Shown here one piece after another: positions 48,974 through 57,414 of a stretch of 64,000 bases of DNA. This DNA is from an uncultured Candidatus Saccharibacteria bacterium (GTDB lineage: Bacteria > Patescibacteriota > Minisyncoccia > Phycocordibacterales > SBAW01). A program made the position numbers and the translations under genes. Numbering within the stretch: position 1 is the stretch's first letter; each line of letters starts with the position of its first letter. Location of the stretch: the NCBI GenBank assembly GCA_964566795.1, contig CAZMIU010000002.1:7965-71964 (forward strand). Direction: 5' to 3'. Under the pieces are notes generated by a model that was not told where the DNA came from, did no database searches, and worked only from the letters and a program-made list of their open reading frames with translations.

Positions 48974-49663
48974 ATGAAGGATGAGGCGCTCAAAAAGACG
49001 GCGGGGCGGCTTAAAGCCGTATTTATATTTGGCGGGGACATTATCCCAGACGCGGGTGCGCCCTTGGGCTGGCGCTCCCTGCGCGGGTTAGAAAAGGACA
49101 AGAGTGGCGCCATGCCCTCCTATGAGCGCGTAGAGGCTGCCGCAGCACTCTATAAGATGAACCCGGCACTCATACTCGTGCCCTCGGGTGGCGCATCAAA
49201 CATTACGGGCCACACTGATGCGCCCACCATATCGGCTGTGATAAAAGCCGAGCTTATGGTGCTGGGCGTACCGGAGGCACACATTGTTGAGGAGCCCAAG
49301 TCTTTTACCACACGCGAGCATTTTGAGTATTGCCCCGCGATAGCAAAAGCACAGGGCTGGGCTGCGCACGAGATAGGCATACTCTCGATGTTCTTTCACT
49401 TTGGGCGCATCGGTGCCGGGCTCTCTAGCCTGGGTGCACAGGCTGAGCCATTTAAGCTTGGTGAGACCGCGTTTTTGTCTGCAGAGCGCATCCTCGCCGC
49501 AGAGGATGAGTCTGCTAACGCGCGCTTTGCCGCGCTGTATGCCTCGCCCGAGATGAAGAAGACTCTTTCCGGAGAGATGCTTGGCGTGGGCCAGCTCTGG
49601 AGCGGCCACTCACCGCTCTATCCCAACCCGTACAAAGGGTTTGATGACCCACTCAGTAAGTAG
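48974..49663 (+). CDS. DUF218 (YdcF/ElyC-like) family protein
   Basis: ILVPSGGAS...T..E core. Start taken at MKDEAL because the track start at 48929 would almost abut the divergent gene. Confidence 0.5.
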   Translation: MKDEALKKTAGRLKAVFIFGGDIIPDAGAPLGWRSLRGLEKDKSGAMPSYERVEAAAALYKMNPALILVPSGGASNITGHTDAPTISAVIKAELMVLGVPEAHIVEEPKSFTTREHFEYCPAIAKAQGWAAHEIGILSMFFHFGRIGAGLSSLGAQAEPFKLGETAFLSAERILAAEDESANARFAALYASPEMKKTLSGEMLGVGQLWSGHSPLYPNPYKGFDDPLSK

Positions 49664-49723
49664 CTAAGGCGCGTAACTATTGTCTTTGTGGCAACGTTAT
49701 ATCATAATCACCCCGCATTGAGC

Positions 49724-50845
49724 ATGAGCAAACCCAAGAAATTTATACCCATCACAAGGCCAACACTTGAGCCTTTTTCGGCATACGCGCCTCTGTTTAA
49801 AAAGACCTTCGCGAGGGGCATGCTGACCAACGGCGAGCACGTGCGCGAGTTTGAGGCGCGTGTCGCCAAGTACCTGGGGGTAAAGCACGTGGTTGCAGTA
49901 TCCTCATGCACCGCGGGCCTCACGCTCACACTCCAGAGCCTCAATATTAAGGGCGAGGTGATACTCCCGAGCTTTACCTTTGCCGCATCGGGCCAGCCCA
50001 TACTCTGGAATAATCTTACGCCGGTGTTTGCCGACGTGTCAGCAGACACGTATACACTCGACCCCAAGTCGGTAGAGAAGGCCATCACCAAAAAGACCTC
50101 GGCTATATTGGCCACACATGTATACGGTGTAGCCTGCGATGTGGAGGGTTTGGCCCGTGTTGCCAAAAAGCATAAGCTCAAACTTATATACGACGCGGCG
50201 CACGCGTTTGGCTCTACGGTGGGCAAGCGTCATGTGGGCAGCTTTGGCGACGCAGAGGTGTTTAGTCTGAGCCCCATCAAGCTCCTTACCGCAGCGGAGG
50301 GCGGCATTGTGGCAACAAACAATGACGAGATTGCAAACCATGTGCGCCTGGGCCGCAATTATGGCGACGATGGAACGAATAGCATGGGCTTTTTGGGATT
50401 GAGCGCACGCATGTCGGAGCTCCACGCCGCGGTTGCCCTGCGCTCGCTCGCTAAACTGCCCCAAAACCTCAGGAGCCGCCACGCACATGTTAAATACCTC
50501 AAGTCGGCACTCCAAAAGATTGAGCCGCGCCTTGAGTTCCAGGTCGTACCAAAAGGCACCGAGACCACGTACTACATCTTCTCCATAGCGATTGACCCCA
50601 AGGTGCTTGGATACACGCGCGACGACCTGCATGCGTACTTGGCTAAAGAGGGGATAGGCTCGCGCAAGTACTTCTTCCCGCCGCTACACAAGCAGCCCGT
50701 GTATAAAGGGTACAAGCCACGCGTGGCACTCAAAGAGACCGAGCGCATCACACATCAGGTGTTGGCGCTCCCGATGTTCTCGCATATAACAAAGGCAGAG
50801 CTCGACAGGATCATCGCCGCATTCAGGGCATTTAGCACAAAATAG
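49724..50845 (+). CDS. DegT-family PLP-dependent aminotransferase, PseC/LegC/PglE-like UDP-4-keto-6-deoxy-sugar aminotransferase
   Basis: FSLSPIKLLTAAEGG (PLP Lys) and conserved N-terminal ITRP fold-type I motifs. Confidence 0.8.
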   Translation: MSKPKKFIPITRPTLEPFSAYAPLFKKTFARGMLTNGEHVREFEARVAKYLGVKHVVAVSSCTAGLTLTLQSLNIKGEVILPSFTFAASGQPILWNNLTPVFADVSADTYTLDPKSVEKAITKKTSAILATHVYGVACDVEGLARVAKKHKLKLIYDAAHAFGSTVGKRHVGSFGDAEVFSLSPIKLLTAAEGGIVATNNDEIANHVRLGRNYGDDGTNSMGFLGLSARMSELHAAVALRSLAKLPQNLRSRHAHVKYLKSALQKIEPRLEFQVVPKGTETTYYIFSIAIDPKVLGYTRDDLHAYLAKEGIGSRKYFFPPLHKQPVYKGYKPRVALKETERITHQVLALPMFSHITKAELDRIIAAFRAFSTK

Positions 50846-50853
50846 GCACACGT

Positions 50854-51801
50854 ATGAACGAGTTTAAAAACAAAACAGTACTGGTAACCGGCGGCACAGG
50901 CTCCATAGGCTCTGAGATCGTGCGCCAGTTGCTTGAGAGCGGCGCCAAGCAGGTGCGGGTCTTTAGCCGCGACGAGCACAAACAGCACGAGCTCAAGATC
51001 GAGCTAAATGACAAGCGCCTGCGCTATCTCATAGGCGACGTACGCGACCGCGAGCGCCTCGACTTTGCCATGCGCGGTGTTGATGTCTGCTACCACGCGG
51101 CGGCGCTCAAGCATGTGCCTATCTGCGAGTACAACCCGTTTGAGGCGGTTAAGACAAACGTGGTCGGCACCCAAAACGTTATAGACGCAAGCATCCGCCA
51201 CAACCTCGAGCGCGTGGTGCTTATCTCGACAGACAAGGCGGTGTCGCCTGAGTCGGTCTTGGGCGCATCTAAGCTTATGGCCGAGCGCCTTATCACAGCG
51301 GCCAACCTGGTGACCGGCCCGTCGCGCACGATCTTCTCCTCGGTGCGCTTTGGCAATGTGCTTGGCTCGCGCGGCTCTGTCATACACGTGTGGCGCGGCC
51401 AGATAGACTCCGGCGGGCCTGTCACGGTCACCGACAAGCGCGCAGTGCGCTACTTTATGGAGATCCCGGAGGCCGTGCGCCTTATCTTTAGCGCCTCACG
51501 GCTTATGAAGGGGGGCGAGATATTTGTGCTCAAGATGAGCGAGCGCTCTATCGCTGAGTATGCAGAGGAGGTTATAGCAACCTATGCCAATGGCAAGAAG
51601 GTAAAAATTAAATTTACGGGTCTCAGGCCGGGAGAGAAGCTGCGCGAGGGCTTGCTTACAGCCGGCGAGGCAACACACACGCAAGAGACCAAAGACCTCC
51701 TTATCATTACGCCTGAGGACCCGCTGCATCTCACTAAAGTTAAGGCGTATACCTACGCAGGCGCGCGCCCGCTGAAGGATACCGAGTATATTTCCGGTTA
51801 A
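50854..51801 (+). CDS. UDP-N-acetylglucosamine 4,6-dehydratase, PseB/FlaA1/CapD-like
   Basis: VLVTGGTGSIGSE...FSRDE...IGDVRD...YHAAALKHVPICEYNP...ISTDKAV aligns closely with H. pylori FlaA1/PseB. Confidence 0.85.
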   Translation: MNEFKNKTVLVTGGTGSIGSEIVRQLLESGAKQVRVFSRDEHKQHELKIELNDKRLRYLIGDVRDRERLDFAMRGVDVCYHAAALKHVPICEYNPFEAVKTNVVGTQNVIDASIRHNLERVVLISTDKAVSPESVLGASKLMAERLITAANLVTGPSRTIFSSVRFGNVLGSRGSVIHVWRGQIDSGGPVTVTDKRAVRYFMEIPEAVRLIFSASRLMKGGEIFVLKMSERSIAEYAEEVIATYANGKKVKIKFTGLRPGEKLREGLLTAGEATHTQETKDLLIITPEDPLHLTKVKAYTYAGARPLKDTEYISG

Positions 51802-51811
51802 GGTTAGTACC

Positions 51812-53575
51812 ATGAGTCTCTCGACCATAACTATTATCTGGCGCACGTTTAAGAAGTACCGCCTGCACATGGCGGTGCTTGTGGTGCTGGGGTTTATGGG
51901 CGCCATACTGGAGGGTATCGGCATTAACGCCGCGGTGCCGCTCCTGTCATTCCTGCTCGACGCACAGTCGACACCGCTTGATGGCATCACACATATCCTG
52001 CGGGAGTTTTTTGAGATGATAGGGGTGCCGTTTACATTCCGCTTTCTCTTAGGGTTTATTGTTGTGCTCTTTTTGGGCCGTGCGGTGGCGCTCGCCATCT
52101 TTGGGTATCTTCGCGGCTGGATTATTGCCGACTTTCTCTACCACGAGACAGGCGCCATTATGCGCAAGCTGTTTGCGGCGTCGTGGCCGTTTTTGCTTAG
52201 GCAGAAGCTGGGGGTGGTGCACAGCACGATGGTGCGCGATTTGCAGCGCACCTCAACGCTCCTAGGCTCGGTGAGCCAGGCCATACAGTCGTTTACAGGC
52301 TTTTGTATCTACCTGCTGGTGGCACTCAACATATCGCCCATCATGACACTCTTTACGCTGGTGGGTGGCGGCGTGCTCTTGGTGGTAGTGCGCCCGTTTC
52401 TCTCGCGCACGCGCCGCGCCGGCGAGGACATGTCTAGCACCGAGAAGCATCTCTCGCAGTTTATAACCGAGCACACCATGGGCATGAAGTCGCTCAAGGC
52501 ATCGGGGCAAGAGGTCCGTGCCATGGGCGCAGGAGGCCGCCTGCTTGCCATGCTGCGCCGCCTGCAGATACGCCTGGCGCTTGTCAGCTCGCTCTCGGGC
52601 AGCCTGTTTCAGCCGTTCACAATCCTCTTTATCATCGGGCTCTTTGCGGTTACCTACCAGATGCCCGGGTTTAACCTTGTCTCGTTTGCCGCAACGCTCT
52701 ACCTGATACAAAAGATATTTACCTACCTGGAGTCCGGGCAGAGCGCGCTGCATATCATCAGCGAGCTGGTGCCGTATGCGCAGCAGACCATCACCTTTAA
52801 GCACGAGCTCTCGGTTAACAAAGAGGAGAAGCAGCCGGGCCAGAAGCCGTTTGAGTTTGAGCGGGCGATAGCGTTTAAGGATGTCTCGCTGGCATACCAG
52901 GCGGGAGAGAACACGCTCTCTAACCTCACGTTTAGTGTAGAGGCGGGCAAAACGACAGCGCTTATTGGGCCCTCGGGCGGCGGCAAGACGTCTATTGCAG
53001 ACCTGATGCTGCGCCTCTTTGAGCCCACAGAGGGCCAGATTACGCTTGATGGTGTGCCGGCCAAGGACGTGTCTCTTTCAGAGTGGCGCAACGCCTTTGG
53101 CTATGTGTCGCAGGACATATTCCTCTTTAACGGCACTATCGAGGACAACATCAGGTTTTATCGCCCGGAGCTTACTCAGGCAGACATCGAGGAGGCTGCA
53201 CGCCAGGCAAACATATATGACTTTATTATGTCCTTGCCCGATGGGTTTAAGACCTCTACCGGCGACAGGGGCGTCATGCTTAGCGGTGGCCAGCGCCAGC
53301 GCGTGGTGCTTGCGCGCGCTTTGGTGGGCAAGCCCAAAGTGCTGGTGCTTGATGAGGCCACCTCGGCGCTCGATCAGGAGTCCGAGTCCTTAATACAGTC
53401 GTCTATTAAAAACCTGCACGGGCAGGTAACGGTGCTTATCATTGCGCACCGCCTCAGCACAGTGGAGAACGCCGACCATATTATGGTGCTGGAGCGCGGG
53501 CGCATTGTGGAGCAGGGGAGCCCCGCAGAGCTGCGCGCCAAGCCCGACTCCTACTTTGCCAAACACACCGCATGA
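51812..53575 (+). CDS. ABC exporter, fused permease + ATPase (MsbA-like)
   Basis: Six N-terminal TM helices. Walker A GPSGGGKTS, signature LSGGQRQRVVLARAL, Walker B VLVLDEATSALD. Confidence 0.85.
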   Translation: MSLSTITIIWRTFKKYRLHMAVLVVLGFMGAILEGIGINAAVPLLSFLLDAQSTPLDGITHILREFFEMIGVPFTFRFLLGFIVVLFLGRAVALAIFGYLRGWIIADFLYHETGAIMRKLFAASWPFLLRQKLGVVHSTMVRDLQRTSTLLGSVSQAIQSFTGFCIYLLVALNISPIMTLFTLVGGGVLLVVVRPFLSRTRRAGEDMSSTEKHLSQFITEHTMGMKSLKASGQEVRAMGAGGRLLAMLRRLQIRLALVSSLSGSLFQPFTILFIIGLFAVTYQMPGFNLVSFAATLYLIQKIFTYLESGQSALHIISELVPYAQQTITFKHELSVNKEEKQPGQKPFEFERAIAFKDVSLAYQAGENTLSNLTFSVEAGKTTALIGPSGGGKTSIADLMLRLFEPTEGQITLDGVPAKDVSLSEWRNAFGYVSQDIFLFNGTIEDNIRFYRPELTQADIEEAARQANIYDFIMSLPDGFKTSTGDRGVMLSGGQRQRVVLARALVGKPKVLVLDEATSALDQESESLIQSSIKNLHGQVTVLIIAHRLSTVENADHIMVLERGRIVEQGSPAELRAKPDSYFAKHTA

Positions 53576-54486
53576 TTATTTTTGTTACAGAAGCTAAAGA
53601 GATAGAGCAGGAGGCGCTTACTCTCCTTACCCAAAGCGGCCACGAGCTTATTGTCGATGAAGCCGTGGCTAAAGCACGCGCCGCCGAGGTAGAGGCGCTG
53701 TTTATCCGCACCTACACACAAGCGACCGCGGAGTACTTGGCGGCATATCCAAACCTCAAATTTGTACTGCGCGCGGGTGTGGGGCTCGACAATGTCGATG
53801 TGGAGGAGTGCAAGCGCCGCGCAATCAAGGTTATTAACGCGCCGGGTGCCAACGCCAACGCGGTGGCCGAGTATGTGGTGGGCGCCATCATTGTGTCCTT
53901 GCGCCAGTTTGCTGCACAGGAGGCGTCTTTGCGCCGCGGAGAGTGGCGCACACCAACACATATGGGGCAAGAGCTTAAGGGCCGCACGCTGGGGCTGGTG
54001 GGCTGCGGCAACGTGGGCCGCGCTATCGCGCACAAACTATCGTCTTGGGAGCTTAAGGAGGTTATAGGGTACGACCCGTTTTTAACCGGAGAGCAGTTGG
54101 CAGCATCGGGGATACGCAAATGCGAGCTCGATGAGGTTATCGCCGGCTCAGACATACTTTCTTTGCATGTGCCGCTCATCCCCGAGACCAAGCATCTTAT
54201 AAACACCGAGAAACTTGCCCAGATGAAGGAGGGCGCACTGCTTATTAACGCCGCGCGCGGCGGGGTAGTAGATGAGGCGGCACTGCTTGCGGCTCTTACC
54301 TCGGGCCAACTTATGGGCGCCGTCTTGGATGTGCTCGAGACCGAGCCCACCGTGCACCCCGAGCTTGCAGCCGCCAAAAACCTGATACTCACGCCGCATA
54401 TTGCGGGCTATACCCACGAGGCAAACAAAGAGGTGTCTTTGGCCCCGGCGCGCGAGTTGTTGCGCCAACTCACCCAAACAAGCTAG
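53572..54486 (+). CDS. D-isomer-specific 2-hydroxyacid dehydrogenase (PGDH/GyaR-like)
   Basis: GLVGCGNVGRAIA NAD motif and catalytic R/E/H arrangement (INAARGGVVDE...HIAGYT). Confidence 0.8.
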   Translation: MIIFVTEAKEIEQEALTLLTQSGHELIVDEAVAKARAAEVEALFIRTYTQATAEYLAAYPNLKFVLRAGVGLDNVDVEECKRRAIKVINAPGANANAVAEYVVGAIIVSLRQFAAQEASLRRGEWRTPTHMGQELKGRTLGLVGCGNVGRAIAHKLSSWELKEVIGYDPFLTGEQLAASGIRKCELDEVIAGSDILSLHVPLIPETKHLINTEKLAQMKEGALLINAARGGVVDEAALLAALTSGQLMGAVLDVLETEPTVHPELAAAKNLILTPHIAGYTHEANKEVSLAPARELLRQLTQTS

Positions 54487-54519
54487 TATAGGCGCAGACC
54501 ACAGTTCTGGAGGTTCTTA

Positions 54520-54816
54520 GTGACGCACATAATTAACGGCAAGTCCTACGAGGCCCACGAGATTGTCCAGGCAATCCAGCGGCACCTTGGATGTCCTGAG
54601 AAGGACCTCGAGCTCATGGGCACGATCACCCATGCGTTTCGTACCTGCCTGCAGTGGCAGGCCACGCACAAGGGGATCCCGTACACCAACTGGAAGCAGC
54701 CTCACCTGGACTATGAGGCCTATATGGGAGGGGTCCTCCCCGACGCCGCCCGCGTCTACTTTATGGAGGTGCTTGAGTGCGACCTCCGCCTAAAAAAAGC
54801 AGTTACCACCACCTAA
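54520..54816 (+). CDS. small hypothetical protein (98 aa)
   Basis: GTG start after a GGAGG SD. No recognisable domain. Followed by a terminator. Confidence 0.3.
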   Translation: MTHIINGKSYEAHEIVQAIQRHLGCPEKDLELMGTITHAFRTCLQWQATHKGIPYTNWKQPHLDYEAYMGGVLPDAARVYFMEVLECDLRLKKAVTTT

Positions 54817-54850
54817 GCCGCCCGACCCAATCGAGCGGCTTTTCCTTTTC
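54815..54850 (+). terminator. rho-independent terminator (aagccgc-13 nt loop-gcggctt followed by tttccttttc)
   Basis: Hairpin begins at the stop codon of the small ORF. Confidence 0.5.
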
Positions 54851-54879
54851 ATCGCCAATTAATGTAGTATCGTTTCCTT

Positions 54880-55431
54880 ATGAAGACCCGTATCTGGCAT
54901 ATCGTCCGTTGGCCGCTCGCGGCACTTTTGGTTGGCTTTATCGCGCTTGTGGCGTGGCGCTACCAGGTCCTGGTAGAGCAAGACAAAACAGATGCGGCTG
55001 TGGCAGCGATACATGCTAACCGCTTAACCCAGGAGGATGTATTTGGTGACCTGCCAGATGAGCCCAACAAGGCAGAAAATGACGCCACCCTAGCCGGCAT
55101 AGATGCCAATGGCAACGGCATACGCGATGATGTGGAGCGTGCTATCTACTTTAAATATCAGGCGTCTGCCAAAGATGCGGCCCCGGCCTTCCAGTACGCC
55201 AAGGCTTTACAAATGGAGTTTACTAATGTATACAACTCGGCAACTCTTGTAGCTGTCATTCAGGAGCAGGGAAGGGCTTCTCTCTGCTTGTCTGACATTG
55301 GTAGGAAAGAGGAAATCCGAAAATGGTTTTACAATACCGACTCCCGAGTTCAGGCGAGGGACAAAATGCTGGAAAAATATATGACATCCTACACTCTGTT
55401 AAATACAGAGGAGTGCGATTTTTCCTTATAG
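54880..55431 (+). CDS. N-terminally membrane-anchored hypothetical protein
   Basis: Single TM (WPLAALLVGFIALVAW) followed by a soluble domain. The 3' half lies in a lower-GC patch. Confidence 0.4.
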   Translation: MKTRIWHIVRWPLAALLVGFIALVAWRYQVLVEQDKTDAAVAAIHANRLTQEDVFGDLPDEPNKAENDATLAGIDANGNGIRDDVERAIYFKYQASAKDAAPAFQYAKALQMEFTNVYNSATLVAVIQEQGRASLCLSDIGRKEEIRKWFYNTDSRVQARDKMLEKYMTSYTLLNTEECDFSL

Positions 55432-57254
55432 TTGGACTTTTGGTTTTTCCTACTCTTGCCAATGCAGCTTGTGTAAAAGAAGGAGCGACTGTTGTTTATA
55501 TAAACGGAGTTTTCACATCTTTAGATGGCGCTCGCCAGGATCTCGAAAACCTCCAAGGTTTGTATTTCAAGGCGACTAACAACAGAAGTATTAATTTCAT
55601 AAACGGCTATAACCCTTCTCACTTGGCGGGGCTCGGGGATATTACCCAGGCTGCTTCTCAGACCCTCAACTCTTCCATATCAAGCTTTGACCTCAATACG
55701 ATCCTGATGCAGGTGCATCCGCAGGTCACTACGCGCAAGCTCCTGCTTGTGGGCCACTCGCAGGGCTCCTTTTATGCCAACGACATCTACAGCTACCTGC
55801 TAGAGCACGGCAGCCCCAGGGCCGCGGTGGGCGTGTACCATGTGGGCTCGCCGGCTTCGTTTGTTGCGGGCGGTGGCAAATATCTGACCTCCTCCAACGA
55901 CTCAATCATTAACGCAGCGCGCCTCATAGCTTCCAACGCATCAGATGGTCTTATTCCACTCGCGGCAGCAACTACGGCCACAAAGCCAAAGCCCGTCATG
56001 CCCGCCAATATCTCTTTGTCGAGCAAAGACTACGGCCATCTCTTTAGCAGTGTGTACCTGGCCGAGGCACCCGAGCGCGTGGTGGGCGACATACACTCGG
56101 CACTTTCCAAACTCAAAGCCGAGGCAGCGAGCGATACAGGCGAGTGCTTTACCTCGCCAAACGCAGGGCTTGGCTACAAGGCAAGCAAAGCGGGCTATAT
56201 GGTGGCAGACACAGCCGCCTCCGGCATTAAGTCTGGCATTGGTGCGGCACAAGTGGCTGCAGTAACCATCGGCAACGCGGCTGCCTTGGTAGCGCAGGGC
56301 GCATACGGGGTGGCGGGCAAAGTTGTGTCAGACTTTGGCATCACGGTGGGTGGTGTTGCGGGCCTCTCGAAGGCGGCCGAGCCAGAAAAGAAACAGACCA
56401 ACTTTGACGTGCTCAAAAAGCTCTATGGCTCGAGCCTGACAAAGGAGGAGTATCAAGAGTTCTTTGGCGACCAGGGCAGCGCTGTAGCGCTTTCGCCAGT
56501 GCTTGCTGAGATGCCGAAAGAAAACGCATTAATCGCAATCAAAAAGATTATATATCTCTCAGGCAAGAGCGAGAAAAAAGCAAAGCCTGCAGACGAGGAG
56601 ATACCTCCCGATCCCGAGGTGGCTCCAGAGCCTGAGCCAGAACCTGCGCAACAGGACGACATAACCCCGCAGGTCATTGAGGAGCCACAGCCAGAGCCAG
56701 TAGAAGAGGCTGAGCCAGAGACGCCCCCTATACAACTTCAGATACTTGCATCACAAAGTGACAACTCGCATCTGTGCACTGACGCAGACGGTTTTGGATG
56801 GATACTTTGCTACTCCAACACTGATGGCGTATTTAGTACAGACTTGGGGACCGGCATTACCGGTTCGCTCGACAGCGTGACTATCGCCAAAGATCCAGAA
56901 TCGGCAGAGATTAATTCTAGTCACCCTTGGCTTATTACTATCTCGTGCTTTATAGACGCAGGCTACACCCAGCCGTGTGTAGATTGGGTGGCAGCAGGCC
57001 CTGCCACGGAGGGGACCAGTGCCGTAAAGCAAAAAGCGAACTGGAGTGTGGACGGCACGTTCTGGGCTGCCAACTTTGCCCTGGAGGAGGGCCGTGATGT
57101 GATCCTCAACTATCCGTCTATGAGCGACAACTCGATACCGGTGCGGTTCGACCCTGCACACTACTATCGCATGACTATTAATGACCTGGGATGGTCTACA
57201 GGCGCCTACGGCTCGCTCACTGAGCCGTATTGGGTATTGCGCGGCTACCGCTAG
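55323..57254 (+). CDS. secreted alpha/beta-hydrolase (lipase/esterase GHSQG nucleophile elbow) with Ala/Gly-rich region, acidic Pro/Glu-rich linker and Cys-containing C-terminal domain
   Basis: Signal-peptide-like RFFLIVGLLVFPTLANA, LLVGHSQGS lipase motif, PEPEPEPAQQ...EEPQPEPVEEAEPETP linker. The true start is uncertain: the ATG at 55323 overlaps the upstream gene, and a GTG at about 55413 is alternative. Confidence 0.45.
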   Translation: MVLQYRLPSSGEGQNAGKIYDILHSVKYRGVRFFLIVGLLVFPTLANAACVKEGATVVYINGVFTSLDGARQDLENLQGLYFKATNNRSINFINGYNPSHLAGLGDITQAASQTLNSSISSFDLNTILMQVHPQVTTRKLLLVGHSQGSFYANDIYSYLLEHGSPRAAVGVYHVGSPASFVAGGGKYLTSSNDSIINAARLIASNASDGLIPLAAATTATKPKPVMPANISLSSKDYGHLFSSVYLAEAPERVVGDIHSALSKLKAEAASDTGECFTSPNAGLGYKASKAGYMVADTAASGIKSGIGAAQVAAVTIGNAAALVAQGAYGVAGKVVSDFGITVGGVAGLSKAAEPEKKQTNFDVLKKLYGSSLTKEEYQEFFGDQGSAVALSPVLAEMPKENALIAIKKIIYLSGKSEKKAKPADEEIPPDPEVAPEPEPEPAQQDDITPQVIEEPQPEPVEEAEPETPPIQLQILASQSDNSHLCTDADGFGWILCYSNTDGVFSTDLGTGITGSLDSVTIAKDPESAEINSSHPWLITISCFIDAGYTQPCVDWVAAGPATEGTSAVKQKANWSVDGTFWAANFALEEGRDVILNYPSMSDNSIPVRFDPAHYYRMTINDLGWSTGAYGSLTEPYWVLRGYR

Positions 57255-57257
57255 CCA

Positions 57258-57335
57258 GAAATATTAGAAAAAATATTACACCATAAAAAATCAAAAATAT
57301 CGGTGCTTAGCACCCATATTTTGGGAAAAGTGTGG
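57258..57335. repeat. diverged third copy of the RAYT-associated repeat (aaatattag...aaaaatatcggtgcttagcaccc...) with similarity extending into the region corresponding to the RAYT 5' end
   Basis: Shares the aaatattag head, the 23-nt core with the GGTGCTtAGCACC palindrome, and about 65% identity over the following 40 nt to the start of the RAYT ORF. Confidence 0.5.
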
Positions 57336-57414
57336 TGTAGTGGTTTGCGGTGGTGCGTGGTGCCAGGCGGCTCTTTTTGCCCCTGGGGCAGGGGTGGGGT
57401 AGTATTACCTCATT

